Translations under genes and position numbers: made by a program
Notes under the pieces: model-generated
Database searches by the model: none
What the model was told of the DNA's origin: nothing
What the model saw: only the letters and a program-made list of their open reading frames with translations
Sequence record: LC494302.1
Reading direction: 5' to 3' (one strand)
DNA: 64,000 nt
Shown: positions 8,842 through 19,024 of the stretch, piece after piece
How positions within the stretch are numbered: position 1 is the stretch's first letter
Layout: each line of letters opens with the position of its first letter

Positions 8842-9104
8842 ATTATAAAGATTTCCTACTAACATACAAGATTATTCGAGATTTAGCACACGACAATGAT
8901 AGCCCTAGTCTAGAAGACACATGCACTGAAATGATTCATACGATTCGTGGTAAGATTAAAAAAAAATTCAGTACTGTTATTATTAATGACGACCATGCAG
9001 AATTTTCTGATATAATCATTAGACGTGATGGTAAAGTTGAGGTTCAGTACTACACTGATTTTGGATTTACTAGTGTTCCGTTGGAGATATTCCCTTGGTA
9101 TTAA
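8838..9104 (+). CDS. small paralog (TYK array)
   Basis: MNYKDFLLTYKIIRDL; ATGA overlap. Confidence 0.75.
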   Translation: MNYKDFLLTYKIIRDLAHDNDSPSLEDTCTEMIHTIRGKIKKKFSTVIINDDHAEFSDIIIRRDGKVEVQYYTDFGFTSVPLEIFPWY

Positions 9105-9406
9105 ATTTAAATGATATACAATTCACTTATAAGATCCTATATGACTTGTATGATACATACCTTGTTAGTAACAAAATAGGTTCACATAACCCATCTAAAG
9201 AACAACAATTTATTGATTTATATATTGAGTACTTAGATTCTATTGAAAACTATCTCAAAAAGAATTACAGTACTTTTATCGATGGAAATGATAAATTCGA
9301 TTTCTATGGTGTACAATCATATAATGGTATAATCCATGTTCAATTTCAGGAAATAACCGATAGGGGATTTATCGAGATTAAAGTTGTGAAGTTGGTGAAT
9401 TTATAA
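9095..9406 (+). CDS. small paralog (TYK array)
   Basis: LNDIQFTYKILYDL. Confidence 0.75.
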   Translation: MVLNLNDIQFTYKILYDLYDTYLVSNKIGSHNPSKEQQFIDLYIEYLDSIENYLKKNYSTFIDGNDKFDFYGVQSYNGIIHVQFQEITDRGFIEIKVVKLVNL

Positions 9407-9416
9407 GAGGTTACAT

Positions 9417-9728
9417 ATGAATATAAATGATATACAATTCACATACAAATTTTTGTATATCCAATACGCTACGGTTGATGCTGGAGAATATCTCTACAGT
9501 GAAATCTATCGTTCGGTATGGATAAAGTTTTTGGATGAATTACATGAATATTACCATGATTTGTGTATAGTTCGTGATAATAAAATATACAAATTCCGCG
9601 ATATTGTTAGTCATAGCGGTAAGCTACGATTGGAATTAAGTACTGATAGTGATGTTGATTGGATTGGTGTAAATTTACTGGAGTTGGAGAATGAAAAACA
9701 ACTTAAAGGAAATACAAGTATTTTATAA
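9417..9728 (+). CDS. small paralog (TYK array)
   Basis: MNINDIQFTYKFLY; GAGG SD. Confidence 0.78.
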   Translation: MNINDIQFTYKFLYIQYATVDAGEYLYSEIYRSVWIKFLDELHEYYHDLCIVRDNKIYKFRDIVSHSGKLRLELSTDSDVDWIGVNLLELENEKQLKGNTSIL

Positions 9729-9975
9729 ATTCTTATACTTATCATATGTAAAAGATGAGTACTATGAAAGTGTGTATTATTTTTTATGGCAACATTACCG
9801 TACTATAGTAAGAGATTTATATATAGGAAAATCTATCATATCCAATGGTGAAAAATGTATCTGTACGGATGTAGTTAGTTTTAATGGTTCTTTAACACTG
9901 TGTTTCAGATGCGATAATAATAGTGGGTCATTTTCATTAAACGTATATCAGTTAGAAGGAATAAATTTTGAATAA
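9691..9975 (+). CDS. small paralog (TYK array)
   Basis: EIQVFYKFLY ... DLYIGKSII; GGAG SD. Confidence 0.75.
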   Translation: MKNNLKEIQVFYKFLYLSYVKDEYYESVYYFLWQHYRTIVRDLYIGKSIISNGEKCICTDVVSFNGSLTLCFRCDNNSGSFSLNVYQLEGINFE

Positions 9976-10168
9976 ATGTCCATATTGTAACAGTACTCAA
10001 TTAGCTCGTTTCCGTTTAGATTCAGACTGGGCGACTGGTGCTGGTGATTTCTTCCCTATTAATGATGATGCAGAATACACCGAAGAACAGCACAAAGATT
10101 TTGATAAATCATGGCGACCTGACATTGAGTGCATTTATTGCCTTAATTGTGAGCGTGTTCATGACTAA
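9968..10168 (+). CDS. small zinc-ribbon protein
   Basis: CPYC ... CLNC pair. Confidence 0.7.
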   Translation: MNKCPYCNSTQLARFRLDSDWATGAGDFFPINDDAEYTEEQHKDFDKSWRPDIECIYCLNCERVHD

Positions 10169-10424
10169 AGCTGAACTAATAGTTCATACATATAAAATGA
10201 TATCAAGTACTGAGTTATCATATAGTGCAGATAATCCAGTACTGGATTATTTTGTTGAATTATTGAAAGAGCATTATATTGGTAAATCACTGATTCTTAA
10301 TAATATTAATTTCACGGTAAAGGATGTAGCACCTGGAAAAAACGTACTAATAGTATGTGTTACTTCATCTGATAACCCAGTATACCCAATATCAATAATT
10401 TTTGAGATATTAGGAGATTTATGA
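10161..10424 (+). CDS. small paralog (TYK array)
   Basis: MTKAELIVHTYKMI ... EHYIGKSLI; start reassigned from 10038. Confidence 0.7.
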   Translation: MTKAELIVHTYKMISSTELSYSADNPVLDYFVELLKEHYIGKSLILNNINFTVKDVAPGKNVLIVCVTSSDNPVYPISIIFEILGDL

Positions 10425-10711
10425 ATATCATTTTAATGCAGAAAACATATGCTATATTGGTGAAAGATTATTCCATTACTTTCGATTCACAAGAAAGTGC
10501 TCTACATAACCTATACAAAAACGTAACACAAGAATACAGAAATATGTTTTCTGACTTAGTAGTAGGAAGGTATTTCAGTACTAGAAAATACCCAAAACTT
10601 CAAATAGTTGATGTTTCTTTTTATTTCAATGGTCATATTACTATTCATAGTTTAGACCAAGATTCAACAACGTACTTAAACTTTTCATTTGATGAGGTAA
10701 CATTTTTATGA
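10421..10711 (+). CDS. small paralog (TYK array)
   Basis: MQKTYAILV ... DLVVGRYF. Confidence 0.7.
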   Translation: MNIILMQKTYAILVKDYSITFDSQESALHNLYKNVTQEYRNMFSDLVVGRYFSTRKYPKLQIVDVSFYFNGHITIHSLDQDSTTYLNFSFDEVTFL

Positions 10712-10870
10712 GAACAGTATTTTTTATCTGGAGTCTTTTTTCATTGGCAGTACTGACAGTATGTGGGATTTGTTTCCTTTCATCAATTAATACTTGGTAT
10801 ATCAATTTACTATTTCCATTTGTCGGTGTTGGTTTAGGGTTTACTTTGCATAGTGTATGTAAGGATTACA

Positions 10871-11149
10871 ATGAGAACAAATGAAGTACTTATTGCTGAA
10901 ACAATGAAGATGATTTACAATATCACGTCAGCACAGAATATGCCCTATCCAACTAAGTCTTTATTGAGGACTGTGTATCTGGGGATAGTACAGGAGTACT
11001 ACAAATCCAAGCACCGAAGCATTATTAGTGTTTATCGTGATTATGAAAGGATTCGTATTTTATTCTGGAACAAGAATCGAGTACGTTCTGAATGTGACCT
11101 AGTGGACTTTAAATTAGAGAATCTTTATTGCTATAAACAGGGACAATAG
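10871..11149 (+). CDS. small hypothetical protein, probable TYK-array member
   Basis: AAGGA SD; IAETMKMIY. Confidence 0.6.
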   Translation: MRTNEVLIAETMKMIYNITSAQNMPYPTKSLLRTVYLGIVQEYYKSKHRSIISVYRDYERIRILFWNKNRVRSECDLVDFKLENLYCYKQGQ

Positions 11150-11167
11150 TTTAATTCATGATATAAT
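11140..11167 (+). promoter_or_regulatory. extended -10 promoter (GRACA class)
   Basis: GGGACA-N16-TATAAT with TGA before the -10. Confidence 0.7.
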
Positions 11168-11207
11168 AATGGGTAAGGAACAATAATTAACACAAGGAGT
11201 GTGTGAA

Positions 11208-11936
11208 ATGCTTGACCGTATCCGTTTCGCTACAGAGATGGCGAATGAATTAAACATGGCAAATTTCCAAATGTTAACATCAGTAATGGCTGAACATGCA
11301 TGTGCTTATTCTGTAAGTGGTGTGCAGTGTGGTCAGGAGAATATGTTAGCAGATGTTTATAGTGAAGTGCAAAGTAAGCAATATAGTGTAAAGACATATA
11401 AGGATAAGTTTGTTAGTCTTTATATGAACGAAGATATTGCCGAAGACCGTAAATTCACTGATTTTATTATTGAACGCCGAGTATCAGGTGTATCTAATCC
11501 TAATGCATCAAGCGAGGAAGTTTTTGCAGAAGTACTGAAAGATATATACGAAAATGAATTAAAAAGTAAGAATCATTACAATGTACGTGAAACTAACACA
11601 GTGCTCTTGGGATATGATGAAGACGAAGAATACTATTATTTTCGTATGACTGAAGTTCCTTTTGAATATAAATCACCAAGTACTACTGCTGTAAAAGAAT
11701 TTACCGAGAAAAGCAAGAACTACAAGAAACATGAAGGCAACCGTTGTAGTATAAATGGTTATAATGAAGATGGTGTTCATATATATGAATGGGTACATCC
11801 TAATTGCCAGACATACACCCGTTGCTTAAAGAAACGTTATAATTTAGAAGATAATGAATCCTTCTACTTTAAAGTTAAGAAACAAAGTTATACTCGTCCT
11901 GAAGATTCAGAATTGATGGGTATGGTATATTTCTAA
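11208..11936 (+). CDS. hypothetical protein
   Basis: ORF behind promoter and AAGGAG; start 11199 or 11208. Confidence 0.8.
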   Translation: MLDRIRFATEMANELNMANFQMLTSVMAEHACAYSVSGVQCGQENMLADVYSEVQSKQYSVKTYKDKFVSLYMNEDIAEDRKFTDFIIERRVSGVSNPNASSEEVFAEVLKDIYENELKSKNHYNVRETNTVLLGYDEDEEYYYFRMTEVPFEYKSPSTTAVKEFTEKSKNYKKHEGNRCSINGYNEDGVHIYEWVHPNCQTYTRCLKKRYNLEDNESFYFKVKKQSYTRPEDSELMGMVYF

Positions 11937-11945
11937 GGAACTGTT

Positions 11946-12230
11946 ATGGATTTTAACTCACATGCTTGGACATTCGAACAGTATATTTCTTTGTATAATG
12001 AAATATACAATACTGATATGTCATACTGCAATTATTTTAGCAATATGATTGATGAATATTCAAAGGAATTTAATAGTTTATACCTTTATGTGAATAAAGA
12101 AGTTACACATAAGACTATGAATAAAACAGGTACAATTGATGAAATTTCATTTGATACCCGTGGTGTGTATTTCTATATTACATTTTCTGATGATACTCTC
12201 GGTATATACACTTGTAGTGAGTTAAAATAA
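11946..12230 (+). CDS. small hypothetical protein (helix plus beta-rich family)
   Basis: 94 aa; YLYVNKEVTH...GTIDEI. Confidence 0.7.
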   Translation: MDFNSHAWTFEQYISLYNEIYNTDMSYCNYFSNMIDEYSKEFNSLYLYVNKEVTHKTMNKTGTIDEISFDTRGVYFYITFSDDTLGIYTCSELK

Positions 12231-12236
12231 AAATAT

Positions 12237-12261
12237 AGGCCAGCGTTTGCTGGTCTTTTTT
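12237..12261 (+). terminator. intrinsic terminator
   Basis: AGGCCAGC-gttt-GCTGGTCT plus T-tract. Confidence 0.75.
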
Positions 12262-12274
12262 CGCAGGTACAAAG

Positions 12275-12577
12275 ATGCTCAGTATAGATTTAATTAACAG
12301 TACTATCAAAATGTTGGCTGATTTGGTGAGACAATCCAATGGAACTTTATATCCATCAATGTATAAAATGTTTGACCGATACATCAAGGATTGTAACATA
12401 TCATTATATGGACTTGCTGTTGATATAGACGATTACTATGGAATTAATACTTCATATAAAACAGGAATTTTAATTGGTATTAATATAAAGATGGGGTATT
12501 TCCCTTATTACTGTATAGGATTACCAGATAATACTTTGGTAGAATATCCAGCCAGTACTATTAAATTAAGAGGATAA
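12275..12577 (+). CDS. small hypothetical protein
   Basis: 100 aa; INSTIKMLADL resembles TYK-array N-termini. Confidence 0.65.
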   Translation: MLSIDLINSTIKMLADLVRQSNGTLYPSMYKMFDRYIKDCNISLYGLAVDIDDYYGINTSYKTGILIGINIKMGYFPYYCIGLPDNTLVEYPASTIKLRG

Positions 12578-12584
12578 AACTAAA

Positions 12585-13163
12585 ATGAATGTATTAGAAT
12601 TAAGTACTAAGCTGATTAGTATGCGTAATGAGTGGTACGATTGGTTTTATAATGGTACTGATATGGATTTTTCAAAATATCCATTTATGGAATCAGGATG
12701 TGATGCAAGATACCGCTGGTTGAGCAAAGATTGTTCTGGTTTACATATTCTAGTTGACGATAGTGGTCAGGGAATTATAAAAGATTTACTTCAAGTTGAA
12801 CAACTCGTCCATGATAATTGGTGTGATAACGATCCATACCTTGGAAATATGATTTATGTAAGTGAAGATGATTGCATATTCGTTATCCAGCGTCATGGTA
12901 ATTCTATGTTTTATGTAGCAGACAGCAGTACACCAGAAGGTGCAGCAGCCGATGGACTTATGCCTAAGATTGATATATTGGAATTTGGATTACCTGAGCA
13001 CTTCCAGATTAGTACTTTATACGATATTCCACCACTTGAGTTCTTTGAAGAATTTAAATTGTACTACAATGATCTTCAAAAATTGAGTACTGATCGACGC
13101 ATTGAAATAACTGTTAAGTACATGGACGGAACGAAATTAACTGATACGGGGATAGAATTTTGA
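12585..13163 (+). CDS. hypothetical protein (FQ-motif family)
   Basis: PEHFQISTLYD; GAGG SD. Confidence 0.78.
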   Translation: MNVLELSTKLISMRNEWYDWFYNGTDMDFSKYPFMESGCDARYRWLSKDCSGLHILVDDSGQGIIKDLLQVEQLVHDNWCDNDPYLGNMIYVSEDDCIFVIQRHGNSMFYVADSSTPEGAAADGLMPKIDILEFGLPEHFQISTLYDIPPLEFFEEFKLYYNDLQKLSTDRRIEITVKYMDGTKLTDTGIEF

Positions 13164-13849
13164 TTAAAGATTTAGATAGAATTTTATATGTACTAAGGGG
13201 TGTAATTACATTACATCCACAAATCAATCGAATTGAAAGTACATTTCAGTTGGAGTCAAGAGAAACTCCATATTCACATATATCAAATGTAGTTGGTTCA
13301 CTCAGTACTGAAGACTCGTCTTACGATATTTGTGTATGTGAAGTACAACCAAGTTCGGATCTTGGATTTGCTATTTTTGATAAAAATCAAAATCTCATTA
13401 GTATGTTTCAGTGCAATAATCCTTTTTGGAAAACATGCCTGTATCCAGAGTGGGCTATGCTTGATCCAACCAAGAGTACCATTAAAGTTTATGACTCTAA
13501 AAATGATGAAGTCGTTATTGATTTAGATGAGTCAATGTCAGAGGAAGAACACTTTCAGCTAATGATGATGCGTGCTATGCCTGAATACAATGCAATGATT
13601 AACACTGTGCAATACATTAAGGATACCATGCCAGCGTTGCGTACACATGAGTTTTGTCATCCGGTATTGTATGAACATCTAGATTTAGACTTCAGTACTA
13701 TTCAATTTAAAGATAGTGTTAAAAAATATATTCAAGAGAATGTTAAATTTGATTTTATTAGTACTATGAACAATAATCCAAAAACTAATTTTAGGCATCA
13801 GTACAATGAATCTTTGTCTAATGGACGTGATACCAGTTGGTGGAAATAA
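13160..13849 (+). CDS. hypothetical protein (FQ-motif family)
   Basis: SEEEHFQLMMM. Confidence 0.75.
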   Translation: MIKDLDRILYVLRGVITLHPQINRIESTFQLESRETPYSHISNVVGSLSTEDSSYDICVCEVQPSSDLGFAIFDKNQNLISMFQCNNPFWKTCLYPEWAMLDPTKSTIKVYDSKNDEVVIDLDESMSEEEHFQLMMMRAMPEYNAMINTVQYIKDTMPALRTHEFCHPVLYEHLDLDFSTIQFKDSVKKYIQENVKFDFISTMNNNPKTNFRHQYNESLSNGRDTSWWK

Positions 13850-13850
13850 T

Positions 13851-14114
13851 ATGAATATTCAAGATAGATTACAATTACTGTACACACTTGAACAGGCTGC
13901 TTATGATCTTGTTCGAAAAATCTCAGATGAACTACCTAAAGGAACTAAAGTTCGTGTACGTGAGATGAATTATTTTTCTGGAGTAATTGAAGAACAAGTA
14001 CTAACAGTGAATAAAGTAACATACTATGAATCTGAGTTGTCTATTCAGTGTGAATCTGATGATGGATTAATATCATATTATGGAACTGATGTAGATATAG
14101 AGGTAATAAAATGA
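13851..14114 (+). CDS. small hypothetical protein (helix plus beta-rich family)
   Basis: ELPKGTKVRV; start reassigned. Confidence 0.7.
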   Translation: MNIQDRLQLLYTLEQAAYDLVRKISDELPKGTKVRVREMNYFSGVIEEQVLTVNKVTYYESELSIQCESDDGLISYYGTDVDIEVIK

Positions 14115-15253
14115 CCCTTTTGCAAATATATGAAGATTTAATGCACTTATGTAATACAAACGATGCATTCTTTTATGTGGATCATAAAAGTCCTGCTGGT
14201 GGCACGTATCGTGTATTCAGTTATCGTCTAGCATCATACACTGATTTCATGCAACCAAATGCGTTGGAAACCCGTGGCTCTATGTGGGAAATTGATGAAG
14301 AAGGTGACATGATACGTTGTGCAGCACGTACAATGAAAAAGTTCTTCAATGCTTACGAGAATCCTGCTACAATGTTCCCTGCTAACACCACATGCGATGA
14401 CATTGCGGTAGTGATGCCTAAGTTGGATGGCTCGATCATCAGTACTTATCGTGATAATGATGGTGAGATTCGTTGTAAATCACATACTGCATTGTATTCT
14501 GACCATGCGATTAACAGCACTCGACTTATTAACGAGAACCAGAATTTGTATCAGTACATCGACGAAGCGGAACGTTTAGGTTACACAGTTAATATGGAGT
14601 ATACAAGCCCAGAGTACCGAATTGTATTACCATATCAGGTAGAACAACTGTTTGTACTGAACGTTCGTCATCGTGTGAGTGGTGAGTTGCTTTGTGGTAA
14701 AGCACTACGTGATAAGTTTCCATGTCTTGCACAGTACAGTACTAATATGACTGGAAAAGATATTCATCACACTTTTCCGGTACGAAATACCTTCCGTGAA
14801 AGCGTGGAGGAAGTTCATAAAATGCTTGATATTGAGGGTTTTGTGTGCATCCTAAATAATGGGACAATGTGTAAAATAAAGACTGACTGGTACAGTTCAT
14901 TACATCTTACAAAAGATAGTATTATTATTGATTCTCATTTATATGAAGCAGTATTAAATGGTTCAAGTGATGATTTAAAACAATTGTTCAGTACTGATGA
15001 ATATGCTATGCAAAAGATATTAAGAATGGAACAATTGGTATTTTCGTGCTATAATGCATTACAAGATGAAGTAGAAAGCTTCGTCAAGGAACACAAGCAC
15101 TTGGAGCGAAAGGAATTCGCAATGAAGGTTCAGGAGTGTTTAACTAATGAACTGAATCGTCAGGGCTTGGCCTTTGCAATGTATAACAATAAGAAAGTTG
15201 ATTACAAAGAGACTCTTATAAAATACATGAAAATTGTACTAAAGGATTTTTAG
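14111..15253 (+). CDS. rnlA: RNA ligase 1 (T4 gp63/RnlA-like)
   Basis: MKKFFN, motif I PKLDGS, NMEY, EGFV, KIKTDWY..LH. Confidence 0.93.
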   Translation: MTLLQIYEDLMHLCNTNDAFFYVDHKSPAGGTYRVFSYRLASYTDFMQPNALETRGSMWEIDEEGDMIRCAARTMKKFFNAYENPATMFPANTTCDDIAVVMPKLDGSIISTYRDNDGEIRCKSHTALYSDHAINSTRLINENQNLYQYIDEAERLGYTVNMEYTSPEYRIVLPYQVEQLFVLNVRHRVSGELLCGKALRDKFPCLAQYSTNMTGKDIHHTFPVRNTFRESVEEVHKMLDIEGFVCILNNGTMCKIKTDWYSSLHLTKDSIIIDSHLYEAVLNGSSDDLKQLFSTDEYAMQKILRMEQLVFSCYNALQDEVESFVKEHKHLERKEFAMKVQECLTNELNRQGLAFAMYNNKKVDYKETLIKYMKIVLKDF

Positions 15254-15280
15254 TACTATCTAGCCTAAGCACAAGGAGAA

Positions 15281-15538
15281 GTGATGGCTAAACCTAAGTA
15301 TAAAAATGACGGTTCCCTTTCTCCGACTGAGTTCAGGAAAATACAAGAAGAAATCGATGAATTACAGCACAAACGCTCAATGAAAGGTGTGAAGATAAGT
15401 AAGAAACGAATCGAGAATACCTTCGGATGTAGTAGTACTGAATACAAGAAGAAAAGGAAACCAAAAGGTGTTAAGCCGAGAATACATGATGTAACTCGCT
15501 ATACATCGAAACGTGAAAATAAATTTGATCCACTATAA
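15281..15538 (+). CDS. small basic hypothetical protein
   Basis: 85 aa Lys/Arg-rich; AAGGAG SD. Confidence 0.7.
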   Translation: MMAKPKYKNDGSLSPTEFRKIQEEIDELQHKRSMKGVKISKKRIENTFGCSSTEYKKKRKPKGVKPRIHDVTRYTSKRENKFDPL

Positions 15539-15547
15539 GGAGTTCAT

Positions 15548-15784
15548 ATGAAAGTTGAAGTTCAGCATAGTATTGTTCAGGATATGTCAGTAGTTAAATT
15601 TCTTTCTCTGAAAGATTACTTCAGATGTATCAAGTTCCTAGAAGAATCTCAATTACAGTGGACCCCATTAAAGTACAGTTCATCCAATGATACTGCTAGT
15701 ATTCGTTGTGATGAATCTGTACTTGTGAAAATCTCCAAGCGATTTGGAGTTGGGAAATATAATGATAAACAATGCACAAAGTAA
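15548..15784 (+). CDS. hypothetical protein
   Basis: 78 aa; AAGGAG SD. Confidence 0.7.
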   Translation: MKVEVQHSIVQDMSVVKFLSLKDYFRCIKFLEESQLQWTPLKYSSSNDTASIRCDESVLVKISKRFGVGKYNDKQCTK

Positions 15785-16073
15785 TTTACTATATATAAAG
15801 TCAGTAGAAGCTGAAATTAAAAATTCAGTACAAACTATCGTCGATGAAATGATTGACAAATACAAGAGCAATCTTATTGGGAAGAAAGTCAGATGTTGGG
15901 ATTACACATTCAAACACTGGTACGATTCCGAGATTGTGAAAGTTGATGTGAATACTGATAGTAATGGTCTAATTAATGGTATTGCGTATATTGGTGTTTT
16001 AATACGCAAGGGAACACCACAGGAATGGCTAACTTATCATAATATAGAGCATGTTAAATTTTTAGAGGATTAA
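15762..16073 (+). CDS. small hypothetical protein (helix plus beta-rich family)
   Basis: SNLIGKKVRCWDY. Confidence 0.72.
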   Translation: MINNAQSNLLYIKSVEAEIKNSVQTIVDEMIDKYKSNLIGKKVRCWDYTFKHWYDSEIVKVDVNTDSNGLINGIAYIGVLIRKGTPQEWLTYHNIEHVKFLED

Positions 16074-16076
16074 AGG

Positions 16077-17009
16077 ATGCCAACTATCACACTAACAGTT
16101 GGATTGCCTGGGTGTGGTAAAACTACATGGGCAGTGCAAGAGATTAAAAACGCCAAATCCAAGACTATCAACATCAACCGTGATGATATTCGTGAATCTA
16201 TGGCTGGGTCACATGATGCTTACAAATTCAACGATGCTAATGAGCAGTACGTAACTAATTTACAGTTCAGTGCAGCAAATTCAGCAGCAGAGAATGGTTG
16301 GAACATCATCATATCCGATACGAACCTTAAACAACATTTCCGTAATCTATGGAAAGTATGGGCTAAAGATAATGGCTATGATTACAAAGAAAAGAACTTC
16401 TATGATGATTTTGTACCTAATGAAGACCGTGGTGCAGATGTTCATGAATTCTTTAAGATTAAAGAGTTCGTAAAACTTTGCAAGAAATATAATCTCCAGC
16501 GTGAGCGTTCAGTACAAGATAATATCATTGACACTATGGCAGATACGTACTATTATAGTAAAGCATTGCACATTGGTTACTATGGTAATTCACGAGAAGC
16601 TGCTATTATCGTTGATATCGACGGTACTCTTGCTCATAAATGGGGTCGTAATCCTTACGATGAAAGTACTGTTCTTCAGGATACACCTGATGAAGAAGTT
16701 ATTTTGTCTATTATCGCTGAAGCAGTTTTTCATAAACGCAAGATTATCGTCATGAGTGGGCGTACTGAAGGGTGTCGTGCTGATACCGAACAGTGGCTTA
16801 AGAATTGGGGTGTTCCTTACGATGCATTGTTTATGCGAGATATCGATGATAAACGTCCTGATGATGTTGTAAAATTCGACCTGTACATGAAAAATGTGGT
16901 TGATCATTACGATGTTAAAAAGGTATATGATGACCGCGATCAAGTTGTATTCATGTGGCGTAAACTACTTGGGTTGAAAGTTTTCCAAGTGGCTGAAGGA
17001 AATTTCTAA
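16077..17009 (+). CDS. pseT: polynucleotide 5'-kinase/3'-phosphatase (T4 PseT-like)
   Basis: P-loop GLPGCGKTT, INRDDIR, SDTNL; HAD DIDGT, SGR, RPDDVVK, YDDRDQVV, QVAEGNF. Confidence 0.95.
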   Translation: MPTITLTVGLPGCGKTTWAVQEIKNAKSKTININRDDIRESMAGSHDAYKFNDANEQYVTNLQFSAANSAAENGWNIIISDTNLKQHFRNLWKVWAKDNGYDYKEKNFYDDFVPNEDRGADVHEFFKIKEFVKLCKKYNLQRERSVQDNIIDTMADTYYYSKALHIGYYGNSREAAIIVDIDGTLAHKWGRNPYDESTVLQDTPDEEVILSIIAEAVFHKRKIIVMSGRTEGCRADTEQWLKNWGVPYDALFMRDIDDKRPDDVVKFDLYMKNVVDHYDVKKVYDDRDQVVFMWRKLLGLKVFQVAEGNF

Positions 17010-17012
17010 TAC

Positions 17013-17040
17013 AAAAGGGATCATATATTGGTCCCTTTTT
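17013..17040 (+). terminator. intrinsic terminator
   Basis: AAAAGGGATCA-tatat-TGGTCCCTTTT. Confidence 0.75.
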
Positions 17041-17234
17041 CTTTTAAGGTACATTATAGTGAATGTAACAACACAGATGTTATTACGAAAAGACTACTTA
17101 GAAAATATAGAACGATACTATAGATTGTCTTTGTATGAAAATAAGCATAAAAATTATAGTTTTGATAAACTACTAAATTCCAGTACTGATGATTATCTAT
17201 TTTCATCAATGTTTTATGTGAGAGGTTTATTATA

Positions 17235-17495
17235 ATGGATAAATTTCACACAGATATAACACAGATAGGTAATCTTATCAATAGTCTAATTACTGATTTA
17301 GAAGAAAAGTACTTAGGTCGAAATGTATACGTAGAAATGTATGAAACATATGGTGTTATTGATATGATTTATTACAGTGCATTGAAGTGTGAAATACGTT
17401 TAACAATATGTTTGTTTGAAAAAAATACATTCAACAGAAGTACTGCAATTCGCCAAGTTGGAGTTGATGATATAGAATTATACGAGGAACAATAA
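17235..17495 (+). CDS. small hypothetical protein (helix plus beta-rich family)
   Basis: DLEEKYLGRNVYV. Confidence 0.75.
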   Translation: MDKFHTDITQIGNLINSLITDLEEKYLGRNVYVEMYETYGVIDMIYYSALKCEIRLTICLFEKNTFNRSTAIRQVGVDDIELYEEQ

Positions 17496-17746
17496 TGTTT
17501 GAGCAGGACTTAGAGATATTCAAAAGTCATATTGATTACTTGACTATATTAGAAAATGATTTAACTACAAAGTACAAAGGCATTCGTGTTCTGTGCTGGT
17601 ATGATGATTGGGATTATAAACGTGAACTCACGATTGATCGAATTTATTTCAGTGACGGTGTACTAAATGTACATGGTGTAAATGATTTTGGTCATTCATA
17701 TACATATTCTAATAATGCTAAATTTAAAAGGATCTACAATGAATGA
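17495..17746 (+). CDS. small hypothetical protein (helix plus beta-rich family)
   Basis: DLTTKYKGIRVLC. Confidence 0.75.
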   Translation: MFEQDLEIFKSHIDYLTILENDLTTKYKGIRVLCWYDDWDYKRELTIDRIYFSDGVLNVHGVNDFGHSYTYSNNAKFKRIYNE

Positions 17747-18041
17747 ATATTATCATAATTTATTCGATTACATAAAACTAATAGATGATCTTTCTTTTGA
17801 ATTTCTCAGTACTGAAAAAGTTCTTGAACCTCTCTATTATGATTGTATTAGTTCACTATGTTTAGATGAAAAAGAGATATTAGCAAACAACTTACCATCC
17901 ACGGTCTGTACAATCAATGGTTCCAAGGCATTAGTGTGCGAGGTTAATTTTCATAAATCACTTAATACAATTGTTTACAAGTTCGATAACACTTGGGTAA
18001 ATCATGTAACCAGTAATATTAAATCTGTGAGATTTTTATGA
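17739..18041 (+). CDS. small hypothetical protein
   Basis: AAGGA SD; overlap with upstream stop; start reassigned. Confidence 0.7.
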   Translation: MNEYYHNLFDYIKLIDDLSFEFLSTEKVLEPLYYDCISSLCLDEKEILANNLPSTVCTINGSKALVCEVNFHKSLNTIVYKFDNTWVNHVTSNIKSVRFL

Positions 18042-18334
18042 ATATAAAAAAATTATTTGAACAAGTAAATTTATTGTACTGGTGTTCAGACGGGTCAGAT
18101 AAAGAAAATAGTGAAGCTTTTTTAGAATTATTCAGAAATGAAATACACATAATTAGAAGATACTTAATTGATAATAAAACTGAAGTAAAAGTTAGATACC
18201 ATAATGGTACTTTAAAGAATGGTATAATTATTGGATTGATAGTTACACGAATGTCTAGTAATATTAAAGTTGCAGTAAGATTAATGACTGATGATGGTGT
18301 CTACACAATAGAAGCTAGTGAGATTATATATTAA
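18038..18334 (+). CDS. small hypothetical protein
   Basis: 98 aa; ATGA overlap. Confidence 0.7.
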   Translation: MNIKKLFEQVNLLYWCSDGSDKENSEAFLELFRNEIHIIRRYLIDNKTEVKVRYHNGTLKNGIIIGLIVTRMSSNIKVAVRLMTDDGVYTIEASEIIY

Positions 18335-18640
18335 ATGGATATACAAACATTCAATAAACTTAAGTACTATGATGATGGTTTTGCATTAATAATTAACGAA
18401 CTTGATGGAATACCATACGAATATCATAATCAAGTAATGAAGATAATAAAATGTATATGTGAAGAATTAAAAAGTATATTTAAAAATGAATATGTTTATG
18501 ATTTAGGTAATAATAGCAAAAAACTATACATAAAGAAATTCTGGGGAACGCATTGCGGTTTGATGGTCGATTTAGGTTTAAGTTTAGACGATAATTCTGA
18601 ATCATGTTCATTATATATAGATGAAATGCGAATATCATGA
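18335..18640 (+). CDS. small hypothetical protein
   Basis: 101 aa, abuts upstream stop. Confidence 0.7.
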   Translation: MDIQTFNKLKYYDDGFALIINELDGIPYEYHNQVMKIIKCICEELKSIFKNEYVYDLGNNSKKLYIKKFWGTHCGLMVDLGLSLDDNSESCSLYIDEMRIS

Positions 18641-18697
18641 GACGTATCAGAATTCGGTGATATAATTTGATTACATCACCAATAGGGAGAAGTTGAA

Positions 18698-19024
18698 GTG
18701 AATGGTTCGTTTTTAACAATATTAGAAAAGACAACCGAGATGCTTTCTAGCTCGTTAATGCAGATTTTCAGTACTAATAATTTATACAATACCAAGGTGT
18801 TAGATTCAATTAATAATAACTATGTGGTAAGTATATCTGATGAAATATGTCCATTTAACGCGTATTCAATTTATAGTGTAGAAGAGTTTCATATATCCGA
18901 GATTCGATGTGGTTTTGGTGCTTGGTTAGTTCTAAATGAACGTTCAGGGTTGTCTTTATACATCGAAGAAGTTAGTAAATTTATATACAAAGGAGTAGAA
19001 TATGTTAACCCCAATTATTCTTAG
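18698..19024 (+). CDS. hypothetical protein
   Basis: 108 aa ORF. Confidence 0.6.
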   Translation: MNGSFLTILEKTTEMLSSSLMQIFSTNNLYNTKVLDSINNNYVVSISDEICPFNAYSIYSVEEFHISEIRCGFGAWLVLNERSGLSLYIEEVSKFIYKGVEYVNPNYS

